Origin: an uncultured virus (IMG/VR IMGVR_UViG_3300027847_001048)
Taxonomy: Duplodnaviria > Heunggongvirae > Uroviricota > Caudoviricetes
Length of the DNA stretch: 64,000 nucleotides
Direction: 5' to 3' (one strand)
Virus record (IMG/VR): IMGVR_UViG_3300027847_001048
The notes beneath the pieces are model-generated. The model searched no databases. It saw nothing but the letters and a program-made list of their open reading frames with translations, and was not told the origin of the DNA. The position numbers were made by a program, and so were the translations under genes. Numbering within the stretch: position 1 is the stretch's first letter; each line of letters starts with the position of its first letter. Positions 1-13,000 of the stretch are shown here, piece by piece.

Positions 1-981
1 ACCGTCACACCTTATCTGACTGACTACACCTTCACTTGGGACATGCCCGAAGAGTTCGACAACGCTGGTACTGTCATCCCTGCCATCGGCAACTTGGAAG
101 TCACTCACACGGCGGTCCCAACTACCGCTTTCGGCAGCTACTATCCCTATGGGCAAGGCATTAGCATCACGCACGATTCAACCCTCTCGACCTCGTTTGG
201 CAGTCAAATAACAGGGATCGCACCGAATCAGATCGTAGCTATCACGTACAATGACAGCCAGCCGATAGCTCTACTGATGGCCCACATCAAGACCGTTCTC
301 GAAGCACTGCCATTAGCTAATGGCAGCACCGTTACGGTGACACTTGGCGGGGTCGATGCCAATGCAGTACAGAGTGACCCCACCGCTAATGTAATGACTC
401 AACTTGGAAGCCAAAGGCTCCTGTTTGATACGCCCACGTCTTTGAACTTGAACACTCCGGCCCCTGCTTCTTGGGGCTACACGGCGGCGTACAACGAATG
501 GCAGGTTGCATGGACCATTGGTGTCTCGGGGGAAGCTAACAACCCGAACCAAGACCAATCGCACGAACTGGTGCTCTCACGGATGAGCGTACATACCCCC
601 GAGGCACCCCCGCCTTTTTACAGCATCAGTTTTGAGTACGATTCCACGGCAGCCGCCGGTTCCGTGAATCCCGTGCAGAACGACATAAATGACCCCACGG
701 CAGGTGTAGTTTGGAAGTACGGGGTCAATGTCTCGATGATGGACCTAATGTATGCCATTGACGTTTCTGCTTCTTGGGGAGGTAGTGATACCCCGTCCAG
801 ATTCTCGACATTGGACGGGAACACTCGGGACGAAGTTCCCGGTGGAGTGGCCGGAGACTTTACACTCGTCGCATATGACTCAGAGGGCAACGTCGCCAAG
901 GCTCTGTTCCTACCAGCAATCCAGACATGGGATAGCACTGACACGGTGGTCCCAACCCCTGCGACATGGGACACAGTATAA
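1..981 (+). CDS. 5'-truncated hypothetical protein, probably virion structural (Thr/Ser/Gly-rich, beta-type)
   Basis: Frame 1 is open from base 1 to TAA at 981. The ATG at 43 is probably internal. Directly upstream of the giant structural ORF. Confidence 0.6.
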   Translation, partial: TVTPYLTDYTFTWDMPEEFDNAGTVIPAIGNLEVTHTAVPTTAFGSYYPYGQGISITHDSTLSTSFGSQITGIAPNQIVAITYNDSQPIALLMAHIKTVLEALPLANGSTVTVTLGGVDANAVQSDPTANVMTQLGSQRLLFDTPTSLNLNTPAPASWGYTAAYNEWQVAWTIGVSGEANNPNQDQSHELVLSRMSVHTPEAPPPFYSISFEYDSTAAAGSVNPVQNDINDPTAGVVWKYGVNVSMMDLMYAIDVSASWGGSDTPSRFSTLDGNTRDEVPGGVAGDFTLVAYDSEGNVAKALFLPAIQTWDSTDTVVPTPATWDTV

Positions 982-1093
982 CCATGCTTGGAGCACTTGA
1001 TGAAGCAGTTGATATTTGAGCTTTTTTGGATGGCCGGTGCCCCGATAGTCCCACTATACGGCACACCTTGTAGAGCACGGAGAGTCGAGTCTC

Positions 1094-4000
1094 ATGGCAA
1101 CAGATAAGGAACTGCTTGAAAAGTTGCGTAAGGCCCTCGAAGAAAAGGGCCATACGACAGCTTTGCGTGAACCGTGGCAAGAACACCTTGACCGGCATAC
1201 CTCTGTGTCTTCAACGGCGTCTTTGCAGGCGTCCGAGATCTTCTCGGACTTCGCTGGATCGTGGGCTGCTTCCTATCAAGTAGACCCCACCGCCACAGAT
1301 CTGGACAAGATCTCCAACGAGCGGCTGCCCCCTTCTCCTGCGAAGATGACCTCCAAGCTCGGTCTCCCGGGCTACCCCGAAGTCAACTTCATCCCGTACA
1401 GCCACAACACGAATCGTTTTGGCGTCAAGGGGCCATCTCTTTTAGGCCATCCGATCTCTTTCGAGGTCATCGGGCCAACCGCCAAGTCTCCCAACGTGGA
1501 CTGGCAGTGGTTTCTTCAAGAAGGCTCCAGTGAAGACCGCCTCTATTTGGATCTTGGGGCGAACCTCCAAGATCCAAATGGAAGCAGTGTTCTGGCTCCT
1601 TCGATCACCAGCCTGCAAGACGGTTATGGGGATCTCTACGGTGACAACAGTCAGGCCGGGATCTATGTCATCATCACCCAGACGGGTGAGAACTCCAAGA
1701 CGGACACCCAAGTAACGGGTGTTGGTGACGGCTACATCGCTCTGGAGGGCGTTGCAGGCCCGGGTGGGGGTCTCCGAGAGGCGATTCGTGCCAAGACCGG
1801 AGCCTCGAAGTATGAAATCTTCCGAGTTGTCTCCTGGTCAAACGACTACCTGCAACTCGATCCGGGTAAGCGGATTCGAGACCACTTTGACATCTCGGCC
1901 AGCACAGACCCGATCATCCGGTCGATCATGTTGGTTCGACCAAAGGCCACTCGAATGGTCTCCATCCCCGGTACAGGGGATGCGAAGGGACAAGAACGTG
2001 CCCTCGTTGTGGTTCCTCCCGAGCGGTCCCTCAACTCCGATCTGAAGCCTCCTTATGAGTACGACAACGCTGCTCCTGGCTCATGGCGAACCGAGGGGTT
2101 CTACGGAGCTTGGCCCGGTCTGGGTAATGGCGACTCAAATCTTTACGCTCAAGGGTCGTCTCTTCCGGTCCCTCGGATCGTGGGCCGGTCCCGGGCTTTG
2201 CTCCCATCTACTTTGGAAGTCCCTGGCGTACCCCCCAATCTTCTCGTACTCAAGGCCGCCACTTACTCGGGGGTTGAAGATGCGAGGGATGAGCTAAAGG
2301 CCGGGGATGTCATCCATCTCCATGAGGTCTATTCTGACGAACTTGCGGAGGTAGCTCCGAAACTGACCGCCTCACCACATGGTTGGTGGGAAGTAACCAG
2401 TGTTCCTGCCCGTGGGGGGACAGACCAGTTTATCCAGCTTCGAGGGATCGAGGAAGTAAACCCACGCACGGGTAAGGCTCACTTCGGTCCGTGGGCAATC
2501 GACGGGTCAGGCCAAGATCTCTCACAACCGGTCCCGCAGGTTTGGGTCAAGTTCACGATCCACAAGCCCATCAAAGACTTGTGGAGCAACACAGGTACGG
2601 GGTATCAGTTTGATCTGGACGCTCTGAAGAGCGCCCGCTTGACCAACTTGATTGACCCTTCTTGGGTCCGTGAGTCTGGTAAGGCCATTGAGATTGGGCA
2701 CGAAACGGTCTGGGCCAAGGCCGACAAGGCCATCTTCGATACCACGTCTTCACAGCAGGGTCTTTCTGGAACGAACGCAAACCCAGGCAGCTTGCTGGAC
2801 CTCGGTTTCCGAATGGTCCTCTTCCCCGCTATGGCGTCGGGGGATCATCTGGTCCCAGACTTCGCCAACCCGATTGATAGCCTGGAGGTTCGTTTAGATG
2901 AGGATGCTGCTGACGAACGGCAGTATCTCACTATCGACTATTCAGCAGGCATCGTGGTCCTCTCTCACTCCCCCAAGCTGGGGTGTGAGCTTGATCCTCA
3001 TGGGTTGATTGGGCAGATCACCGACTTGAACCCTCGGGGTGAGCTTGTTCTCTTTGCTTCCTGTGTTCCGTACTCGATGGAGATGGGACAGCTTGGATCA
3101 AGCATCCGAGTCACTTCGGGAGCGATGGAGCCCGACTGGTGCCTCCCCGATTCGACCCAAGCCGATGTCTATGGTGCCCGTCACCGTGTAGATATCAAGA
3201 CGGATGTTGATGGGGCACCACAGATCGTAGGCAGTCAGGTCTTGGGTCAATCCCTCGTCTTGGCGCTGGCTGTTCCAGCCACACCGATGGAGTTCAAGAA
3301 GTCCCTGGCGGCTTTCCCGGTCGCTGGTCACATCGAGATTCTTCAGTCGAGCGAGGCCCCGGCGTTTACCACAACGTCATCGACCACGGACACTATCCGA
3401 CTCTCGACGTTCTCCTATAACGGAGTGGACGTATACACAGACTCGGACGGCCCGTGGGTTCGGTTGCGAAATGTCTATGGCGGTGCGGACGCTGGCAATA
3501 GCGTAACGGTCAATCACGACGGGGAGTTCCTCGTCGTATTCCGCAAGGACTTCTACCCAGAGACCGTGATCGACTCCACGGGAGACTCTGACTTCTCCTA
3601 TCAGTTGGACACGACACACGGTTCTGCCAAGCGTACAAAGACCCTCCGGTTTGCTCACGCCAACCTGTTCGAGAACCTCGACGGAACCATCACGGTTTAC
3701 CCAACAGCCGTTGACGGACCAGCAGAGGAACTGCGGGCCTTCTTCCCACTTGGGGGGCCAGACGACACTGCTCGATTCCATTTGGTCCCCGAGACGCAGA
3801 TGTGGACCGCAGACAGCGGCCCGTGTCGGGATGATGGGGAGCATGAGGTCGGTATTGAGATCAAGCGGGGACGCTTCTTCTCGTCCATGCGAGTGGATGT
3901 TCGCCAAGACCACATGCGGTACTGGCGGTTCACCAACCTCGTATCGAAGCTGGAGCTTCAAGCACCACAAGGACTTGAGACGCCACCAGATACTTTCGTA

Positions 4001-7000
4001 GCCCACATCAACACCGGGCAGGATGCAACTCAACCCCTGCCTCCGCACTACATGGACTGGATGCCCCAATCTGAAGGGGCTCTCTGCGCCGTCATTGAGG
4101 GTTCAGTCATCTTCTCCAGAGGACTGGCCGAGCTTGGTAGTTCAGCGGTCTCGGCATCAACGGAAAGCGCCCGATTCGTTCTCAATGCCCGTATGTATAT
4201 GGGACTCGACAGTCAGTTCTTTGCTGGCCGCCCGTCTTTCCGTGATGAGTATGCACAACGAGACACCTTCCCGTCCCGTGGGTTGGAATCCCAGATCGCA
4301 GGTATTCTTGCAGAGGCCGAAGAAGGCCCCGCCAACCCGATCAACTGGTTCGCCCACACTGCCGAGGTGTGGAACAACGACCTCAATGCTGATCGGTGGG
4401 AAGTCCGAGCCAAAGAGCTACGTGAAGACGTAAACAACCACTACGGACGGCAGCGTCATGGTGGGATGGGCAAGATTGCTTCGTTCTACACGGACGCTCT
4501 TGAGTCCCCGAACTACAAAGAAGACACACGATTGGCCTTTACGGAACGTCAAGTTTCGACGCTCCCGACCAAGCCGTATCTGTTGTCTGATCCCATCCCC
4601 CAGGACGGGATGGCGTTCCCAGAGGGCTATCGGTACATCCTAACGGTCAAGTCGGCTGACCCGAAGAACGGCAACGCCTCCAAGTGGATCACTGCCCAGG
4701 TCATTAGTACCGATGAGATGCCGGTCACAACTGATCCAAATGTTGTTGCCCACTACCTCAACAATGCGATTTACGATGGCACCGTTTCCAACAACATCGA
4801 TGCAGAGTTGGACAACGCAGGGTTCTTCAAGACCCTTGGGGCGGGTGCTTCTTATGCAGCCGGTAACAGTCTTCTCGGGACGAGTACATTAGTATCCAAC
4901 CTGACCCGTAACCCCATGCTTACCCGGGATGAACGCCAGTTTTTGTGGTGCGGCCCCGGTGATCCACGACACCCCGAACACGTTATCGGAGGCTCCAACG
5001 ATACTGGTAAGGTTGCCCTGCTTTGCGGTGGCTGGGGTTCTGCTTCTGCTGAAAGTTCTGCTGGCAGCCATCGAGACTTTACTAATGTCGTTGTTGAGTT
5101 CACCCATACAGCAGACTTTGGAGACGCCGGGTGCTCTGGTTGTGAAGATCTGGCCGAGTTCCTTGGCGGAGACTTCGCTCTCGACCGGCCTACATGCGGG
5201 TTGTTCTTCGGAGGGCACGCATGGGAGACCTTCCAAGTCGGTGCCCAAGCCTACGGGACAGACCTTCCGATAGAGGGCTCGCAGCTATTCGTTGGCAGTC
5301 AGGTTTACACACTCACCGCCGATGACAACGTAGTACATCCCGACAAACCCTTCGTTGGCACCAATGTCCGTATTGCTTCGGGTGGTTTCGACACACTGAA
5401 GAACTTGGTTCGAGCAATCAGTACACACTCTGGGGACAGGGTGTGGATGTTCCTCCCTCCCGAGTACCTTCAGGACCAAACATCACAAGCCATTATTGAG
5501 AACGCTCCCGGTCACATTATTCGTCAAGAAGAAGATGTCACCCAACTCCGGTGGGTGGGTGGTCGTCAAAACGACCCGGCCAACCCGTGGTTGACGTTTT
5601 CGCAACCGGGCGGCGCTTCAGATCTACATGCCACTGTTTGGTGGTATCGCCCAGCCCCCGCAGTGAACACGGATGTCAATCCGTGGGAGTTTGGCAGTGG
5701 CTTGGACGGTAACAAAACCGAGGCCCGACTTTCGGATGCCCTCGGGTTCCTTCAGCGTGGAACCCCCCCGTTGGGTTCAATGGCCGGTTCCTTTCCCATT
5801 AGGGGCACCTATGGCGACACAGAGGCACTGGTCCTCGGGATGCCGAAGGGAGATAGCCCCTATTACAGTGGCCCCCAGGCAGGAACAGGGCTCCCGAAGA
5901 TTCACGGCAAACATGCCATCCCGGGCTACCTGGGACGGTGGGCGTGGGACATTGAGAACACCATTGATCCTATTGATGTCACAGACCCCACTACCGCAGG
6001 CATCGGTCAGATCCTTGCCACTTACGGTGTAGGGGCTCATTCAGAGAACCATTTTTCCAGCCAGTTGGCGAACCGTACCAGTTTGGAAATGGCGGGCGTG
6101 GCCCCCGATGGGTTTATCAACACGACGCCCCATCCCCACCATCTCCAAGTTGGGGATGAAGTCACTATCTCGGGCTCATCCCTCCAGCTTCCTTGGCTCG
6201 GTGAGCACAAAGCTCTGAATGGTCGCCATCGGGTGATCGCACTCTCCACCGACCAAGATGGGAACACAGACCCGTTCAAGTTCCAGATTGATCTGGGGGA
6301 CGGCACCGGCTCTGTAATCCAAGACCCAATCGACAACTTCTATGAGTTCCACGGTCTCGGGGAAGTCTCTGTTGGTAAGACCTTCCAAACAACGGATACC
6401 CGTTGTGGGTTCGGCGAACAGCAAACTGGCTACGAGTCCTTCCTTGTCTACGCAGTGGAACTGGATCGTCACGACACCGCAGCCCTTCTGAAGAAGAAAA
6501 CAGTACGGGACTTCATCGGAGTCGGGGACATTATCACTGGCCGCTCATTGAGCATCGCCGGGGATGAGACCTATCCGTTCGTTCCTGTTGAGGGGCAGCG
6601 TAACGATCCTTCGTTCCACGGCCTTGTCTTTGATCCTCTCGCTCCGTTGTCTCTGAAGACCGGGGCTGTGGATGAACAAGGCGCTCCGGTAACCGTAGAC
6701 AAGATCGGTAGCTCGGCCTTTACGTTCCTTGTCCATCGGACGATGAACACGGACCGGGCAGCATGGCCGAGTTCGGAGCAAGCCCAACTTGCATCGGCGC
6801 TCCCCAGTCACCTCCGAATGTCGGAAGTGCAGCCGTATGACTTCGGGTTCAGCACCCCAGACCGGGCGTTCCCGGTTGGTGAATCCTTCAGCATTTCGAT
6901 CATCGCTAATGCGAACGCCATCACGTCTTCGGGGACTTTCAAGAGCCTGTATTCCGCTTTGTACGGGATACATGGAAAGGGATACACAGGTACTTCGGCC

Positions 7001-10000
7001 ACCCCCGGTCTCGATGGCGGCTCTGTTACGTCATGGCCTGGAGAGTCTTCGATTCCCAACGCCATCTTCATGGCTGGCGGTCGGATCAACCTTCTGTCCA
7101 ACCTCAACCCAACGGCCCCCGCAGGGTTGGTGTTCTCATCACCGACGCCCGGGGTCTCCGACGTAAACGCAGAAGAGCGTTATGCCACGACCTACATTGA
7201 ACACGGGGTCTTTGTCTCTACGTTCAATGCCCATCATCCTTCTCCGCACTCGTCCTACAAGCTGCCTACTATTGGTGTTGGCGCTCCCCTCGATTCTGCT
7301 GGGCTCCATTCAGCGTTCTCCACTCTTCGGGGCAACACGGAAGCCCAGTTCAAGGGGGGATCTTCAATCGGTGGGGTGGGTGGTCTTCGGATCTCCGGTG
7401 ACGCCACCATATGGCTGAAGAATGTTCGGGGGATGGGCGGTAAGAACGCTTACGTCCGACGCTCTCCCACTATCTATTACACAAAGTCCCCCTCGGGTGC
7501 TCCTGCCCTCGGCAACACCACTACCGGTCCCATCACGTCCTTCGGTCGTGATGGTGTCTCGGGGCACACCCCCAGTGGGTTCTCTGCTTCCAAGCGGACA
7601 ACTGTAAATAGTGATGGAGCAACGCTCCATCTCCAAGAAGCGACGATTGAGATCGGCCTTACCAGGGCTGATCTTGCTTCATTCCGATACGCCACAGGCA
7701 ACCCCGAGTTCCCTGCGTTGCGAGACGATGTTCACGAACCCTTACAGGACCAAGACAGCGACGGTTATTGGGATGACCAAGGCGAGGGCGAGCGTATGCT
7801 CCACTACGCCAACGCCGTCGATTCCGTAGACCTCCCTGTTCCAGCCCGGTTCTTGACTGGCAGCTATCTCACGCTATCCCCCACCCAACCCCCTGGTTGG
7901 GATGAGGCAGGAAGTCCGAATACCCGGTCAAGCAGCAAGGTGCTTACGGATCTTCGACTTGACGAACAAGGTAACCCCACCCTCACCAACCCCAATGACG
8001 GGTCTTGGAGGATTACGGGCGTACCGATGATCACGGCGAGCTTCCGTACCTCTGGAAGTATCGACGGGTACGGTGCCTCGGTTTATCAGACTTTCCCCGC
8101 AGGGGATGGGATGAGCAGTGGTCCCGTTGTGGACACTACCTCTCCTGACGAGATCGTCCAGGGCACTGGTTTCCAGGGCATGTCTGCCTCGGCCTCCGAG
8201 TCTTCCATTGTGGCGGTTCTCCAAGTTCGGGTGGAGCGGTATTCCCTCATCTCGTCTAATCCCGCATTGGACGAGGGCAGCCTTTTCCATCACCAGTTCG
8301 TCCCAGAAAATGCAAACCCAGGCGAGTTCCGTGACGGGGAAGGCATCGCACTGGACTCTGTGTTGTCCCACACTTGGTCTATCTCCGCCGACCCGGGAGG
8401 GGACTCCCCCATCCTCGTTGCAGAGGTAATCGATCCAGGCGGTTCACCCACGGGTGCCCCGGCCTCTTTGCATGGCCTGACCTTCAACCCGAAGGTGTTG
8501 GCTTCTGGAGCCAACACGGTTCCTATGCGCTTGGTCCCGGTGTTCTCCCGCACCCCGCAGACTGATTCGATAGCAGGAATGGATACCCGTCTAATGGGCA
8601 TCCATTCTAATCAAACGCATCGTGGCGAAACTCGCAGCTTTGCGATGTTCACGGTCAAGGGTGTTGGCCGGTCTCCGGTTATCTGGGATACCGCACAAGA
8701 AACCTATTTGCGTGCGACGATCTTCTCTTCCCAGAGGGCAGACCGTCTGGATGATCTGATCAGTAGTCAGACGACCCAGGGTGTCTTCGAGAGAGACCAG
8801 ACTGGTCGAGTGAGCTTCGTTGGACACCCAGCCCGATTGGGCTTGGGCGTAGTCCTTGATGGAGGGCTCGGCCTTGTTTCAGCCCGAGCGTTCCGAGCGC
8901 AACCCAGGTCTCCAGTAACAGACACGGTTGGTTCGTTGACGGTATTCGGCCATAACGCCGCCTACCCGATGCTGAATCTGCTGAAGCCCCGGCAACACGT
9001 TGGAGTGGAGCTACCCTCTACCTTCAACACAGTTGAGTTCTACGAAGACACTGTAATCGTTGGGCCTCTTGGATCGTTGATCTTTGATGATGGTCGAGCG
9101 GTTCACGGCTTACCGGCGATGGACATCGCCGGTCGATATGCTTCGGCGTCATTCAAGTCGTCTCCACACCGTTTGGGTATTGGTGTCACCAAGGGGTACG
9201 CCGCTGCGGGCGCTCCTGGCGACAACTGGAGCATTGGAGACCTAATCACTCGGAGCGATACGCTGTTCCCGTTCACGGTAGCAGGTATCAAGTTCCATTC
9301 CCCAGGCGGGCTCGTTTACGAGCGTGCCTATCGCAGTATTGATGCGAGGACCGGTCCCAAGTCGATGTTCCTTGGGAAGAAAGCCCAGGCGGGTATCCGT
9401 GGGCTGGAGATTCCGTGGACTGGAGAATGTCTCTTGTTGCCGAAGGGGCCGCCGACGATTCACGGTAAAGGCCATGCCAACTGGCGCTGGACAAATGACA
9501 GCAGTGGTTGGGACTACTTTGACTTTGGAGAGGCGAACCGGGCCACGGGGCACACCCCCTTGGATACACCTCTTTACGAGTTCCACGGAGGCTATGGGCG
9601 AGGACATCTCGAACCCCACTTCCCCGTGCTTCCCGGGCCTATCTTCGACACGATGACCACATCGGGGGTCCAGACCAACCTTATCTCCCCAGACTCTTCC
9701 GCTGGGGTGTCACAGCACCGTGGACACCCAGGCAACGTCTACATGGGCTATCGCCACAGTTTGAGTCGAGATGATGGCGACATCTTCAAGACTTGGAATC
9801 ACTGGAATAGCAGCGCAGAATCTTTCACCAAGGTTGCTCGCCAACAGATGCGGGTTCTGGATGGGATGGTTTTGGAGGACGTGACTAACGGCACATTCTT
9901 CACTATCGGCGACATTGGCCGGATGGATGAGATGGTCAAGGGCACGATTGAGCTTGTGACCGACTTTGGGAGCGCCAACGTCGATTCGTGGGATAGTAAG

Positions 10001-13000
10001 ACCATCATCATTGTCGTTCAAGATTGGGATGACTACGTTGAAGAAGAAGATGGAGACGATGGTTCTGGGGACGATCTAATCACGTTCGTCATCTACTTCG
10101 TGGATGTCATCTCTGACCCAGAGACTCAAGTTCAGATCTCTGACGCAACGGACCCGGCAGAGAAGGCCAAAGAAACCGTCGATAACCTGCTTCAGTTTAT
10201 GGCATCTAATGACTGGTTCCGTGCTAACAACGTCGGTTGTGTCTTGGATCAAACTGGTTGGGACGAGAAGACGGTCCTCCGCTTCAGTGGTCCGGTTTCA
10301 GCAAGGCATGAGGCTACTTTCATTACCGGTAGCAGCGTTAGCCCAGTATCGGGGCAGGCTCCTTTCTCTCTCGTACCAAACAGCTTTAGTAACTACCGTT
10401 GGCACAGGGGAACTGGTAAGCCGGGGGAGACTTTAGAGCTTGGTCAGTGGGGCGGCGAGCGTACTGTGAAGCGGTCTTCCACAGGCGGTTCAGTAACAGC
10501 AGGTGGCGGCCAGCCCGGTACTACGGTGTTCCATTTCCTCCAGAACGCCCCCGAACAGGGCATTAGTGGTGGGAGCAACATTATTGCTCCCGGGGAGAAG
10601 ATCACCTTTGGTGTGTCTCCTGGGCCACCCGATTATCAACAGAACTCCACAAGGATTGGAGCATACTCCTACGCATCGCAGCTTGAGATTGATGTTAGTG
10701 ACTCCACCCTGACGGGTGTCACCATCGCTTTCAGCACCACCGACCCGAGCGTGGACCCCACACTTTGGGCGAGCGGCGCAGGGCACTGGCAAAGTAATGA
10801 GTTCAACCCTGGAACTTCTGGGGCCAAGGTACTCGTTGAGATCATCGGGGATGGGGACTCTTCTGGGGCCGCTGCGACTCCACAGCCGTTGTGGTACTAC
10901 GGGGTCACGTCCAGCGGGGACATCCTCGCAGGCGGGTCCGTCACCGTAACTGGGGGAACCTCGGCCAATGAGGTGGCTCTGTCGGTCCACCCGGGCAGCG
11001 GGTATCCTTTCCTCGACGTTGACGGGGCCGGTATTGTAAACGTCGGTATCGTCACTACTTATTCGATCCCCAGTAGCTACACCACCGACTACAACCTCCT
11101 TTATGAGTCGGTGGCTAAGACAGGGTTCCTCAACGTAATGGCACTTACCGCTGTTGCAGACACGCCTGGACCCTTCCAGTTCCAGATCGTCAACGGGGAC
11201 AATAAAGCGACCTTCATCAACTTGGTCCAGGCGTGGAATAACGCCCCCTGGCACGAAGTATTTGACTTCGCCAACTGCCCAGGATTGAACTACGCCCCCA
11301 TCGCCCGTCTTATCGGGCAAATCGAGCGGTATTCTGAAACCAGCAGCCAGACTTATTCTGGGCAGATTCCTGCTTATCCTTGGATCTGGGCTGTCGAGTT
11401 TATGACACGAGAGATCGGCCCCGATACATCCAATGGGGCCTTCTTTATGAAGAAGTCCAGTGGGGTTGATGGTAACGGTGATCCGATTTGGGACTACCTG
11501 ATGACTTTGGGTGAGGGAAGTTCCACCGAAGTCTTTATCAATGGGGGTATGGGACTCGACATCTCCAAAATAGAGGCAGCGGCAGAGGTCTATGGCGGTA
11601 CCGACCCTAACGGTGATGTAATCCCCGTTAGACCGTGGGACGCAGGCCCCTTCTGGGAGGGGTGGGAGATTGATGGCCTCATTATCGAACTGATCCCCTT
11701 CGTCAATGGTTACACCCCCGAGTTGATCTTCGATCTCAATGGGCACTATGACCCGACCAAAGACCTCTTTAGTACGCAGGAAGCCGGTTACGGCGACCGG
11801 GTTGACGGTGGGATGGTCCGGCGTAATCTGGCAGGACACCTGTATCGGGTCGTTCCAAACGTAGAGTTCGTGCCTGTGCTTGGTAAGCGTGGCGTGGACG
11901 GCGGCCTACTTCCCCCGTTGGCTAACCCCCATGATCCACAAAGCGTAATCCCCAGCGCAGATGCCGTCTTCTATTCTGCTGGCTACAACTTCCGTGGAGC
12001 TTCTTCACACGGGGTCGGGGACATTGGACGATCTCTCTACATCTGCGGGACACACAACTATGTCTACACTGGTTGGTGGACCATCATCGACGTGGTGGAA
12101 AACTACCCCCTTTCAGTATTTGATGACTTCACTCTTGGCCGCCCCGAGAATGGTGACCATTCTCTCCGTACCGTAGCGGTTCTTCGTAAATCGAATCGAG
12201 GGAACGGAACACGAAACCCGGCAGATAATGGGTTGAACCAAGGGGATGGGGCGCTGCCGTTGCAGTATCGACCACCCCGAGTCCGTATGGGGATGAATCA
12301 CCAAACCAATGGCTTCCCGCAGGGCGATAAGAGGGGAGCGACCCATTACGGCTTTTTCTCCCAGGGGTCCGTAACAGGAAAGCGGCCCGAATATAGCGAC
12401 TTGTGGTTGACAGTCACTTTGTCCAAGGGAGGCCCAACCGAAGCGTTACATCGACAACAGTGGCGTGTCCTCACAGACGATATGTGGGACGGGATCGTCT
12501 ACGACATCGACTCTGATGGAGTCATCTTCCCCCTCGCCGCGAACCCAAGTCTCCAGGTAACGGATGCTGTTAGCTTGGCGACGTACTGCAATCAAGACGT
12601 TCGTACCAACGGAAAGGCTGTCAAGTTCCCTGCCGGTCACACCCTAAGCAAGCCCTGGATCAGATGGCAGACCGACCACAATGTCTCTTCCGTGTACGGA
12701 ACAGCCGTGGTTGTCAGCTACAACACGAACGAACTGAAAACCTCTCCCCACGCCTCTGAATGGTTGTGCGGGCCGGGTGGTCGGTTGCAGATCAACTTCT
12801 TCTCCAACGCCTCTGTGGGATTTCAAGGCGGCGATCCGAGCGCAGGTGCCCAATACACTATGGGTGTTGGGTTCTTGTCCTTCACGGGCCACAACAGCGA
12901 GCTTGACGCCACAACGGGAGACCGAAACAATCACCTCTGGGCTCATCCTGTAAAGCTGTACGGGAGCCAACCCAGTGACGGCATCCTTGAAGTTGACGCT

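Noticed and set aside
10490..11839. Long antisense ORFs (also 60734-61966, 62742-63974, 52363-53403, 26830-27648)
   Set aside because: They shadow real genes on the opposite strand, as expected from GC-rich codon bias. No motifs or RBS.
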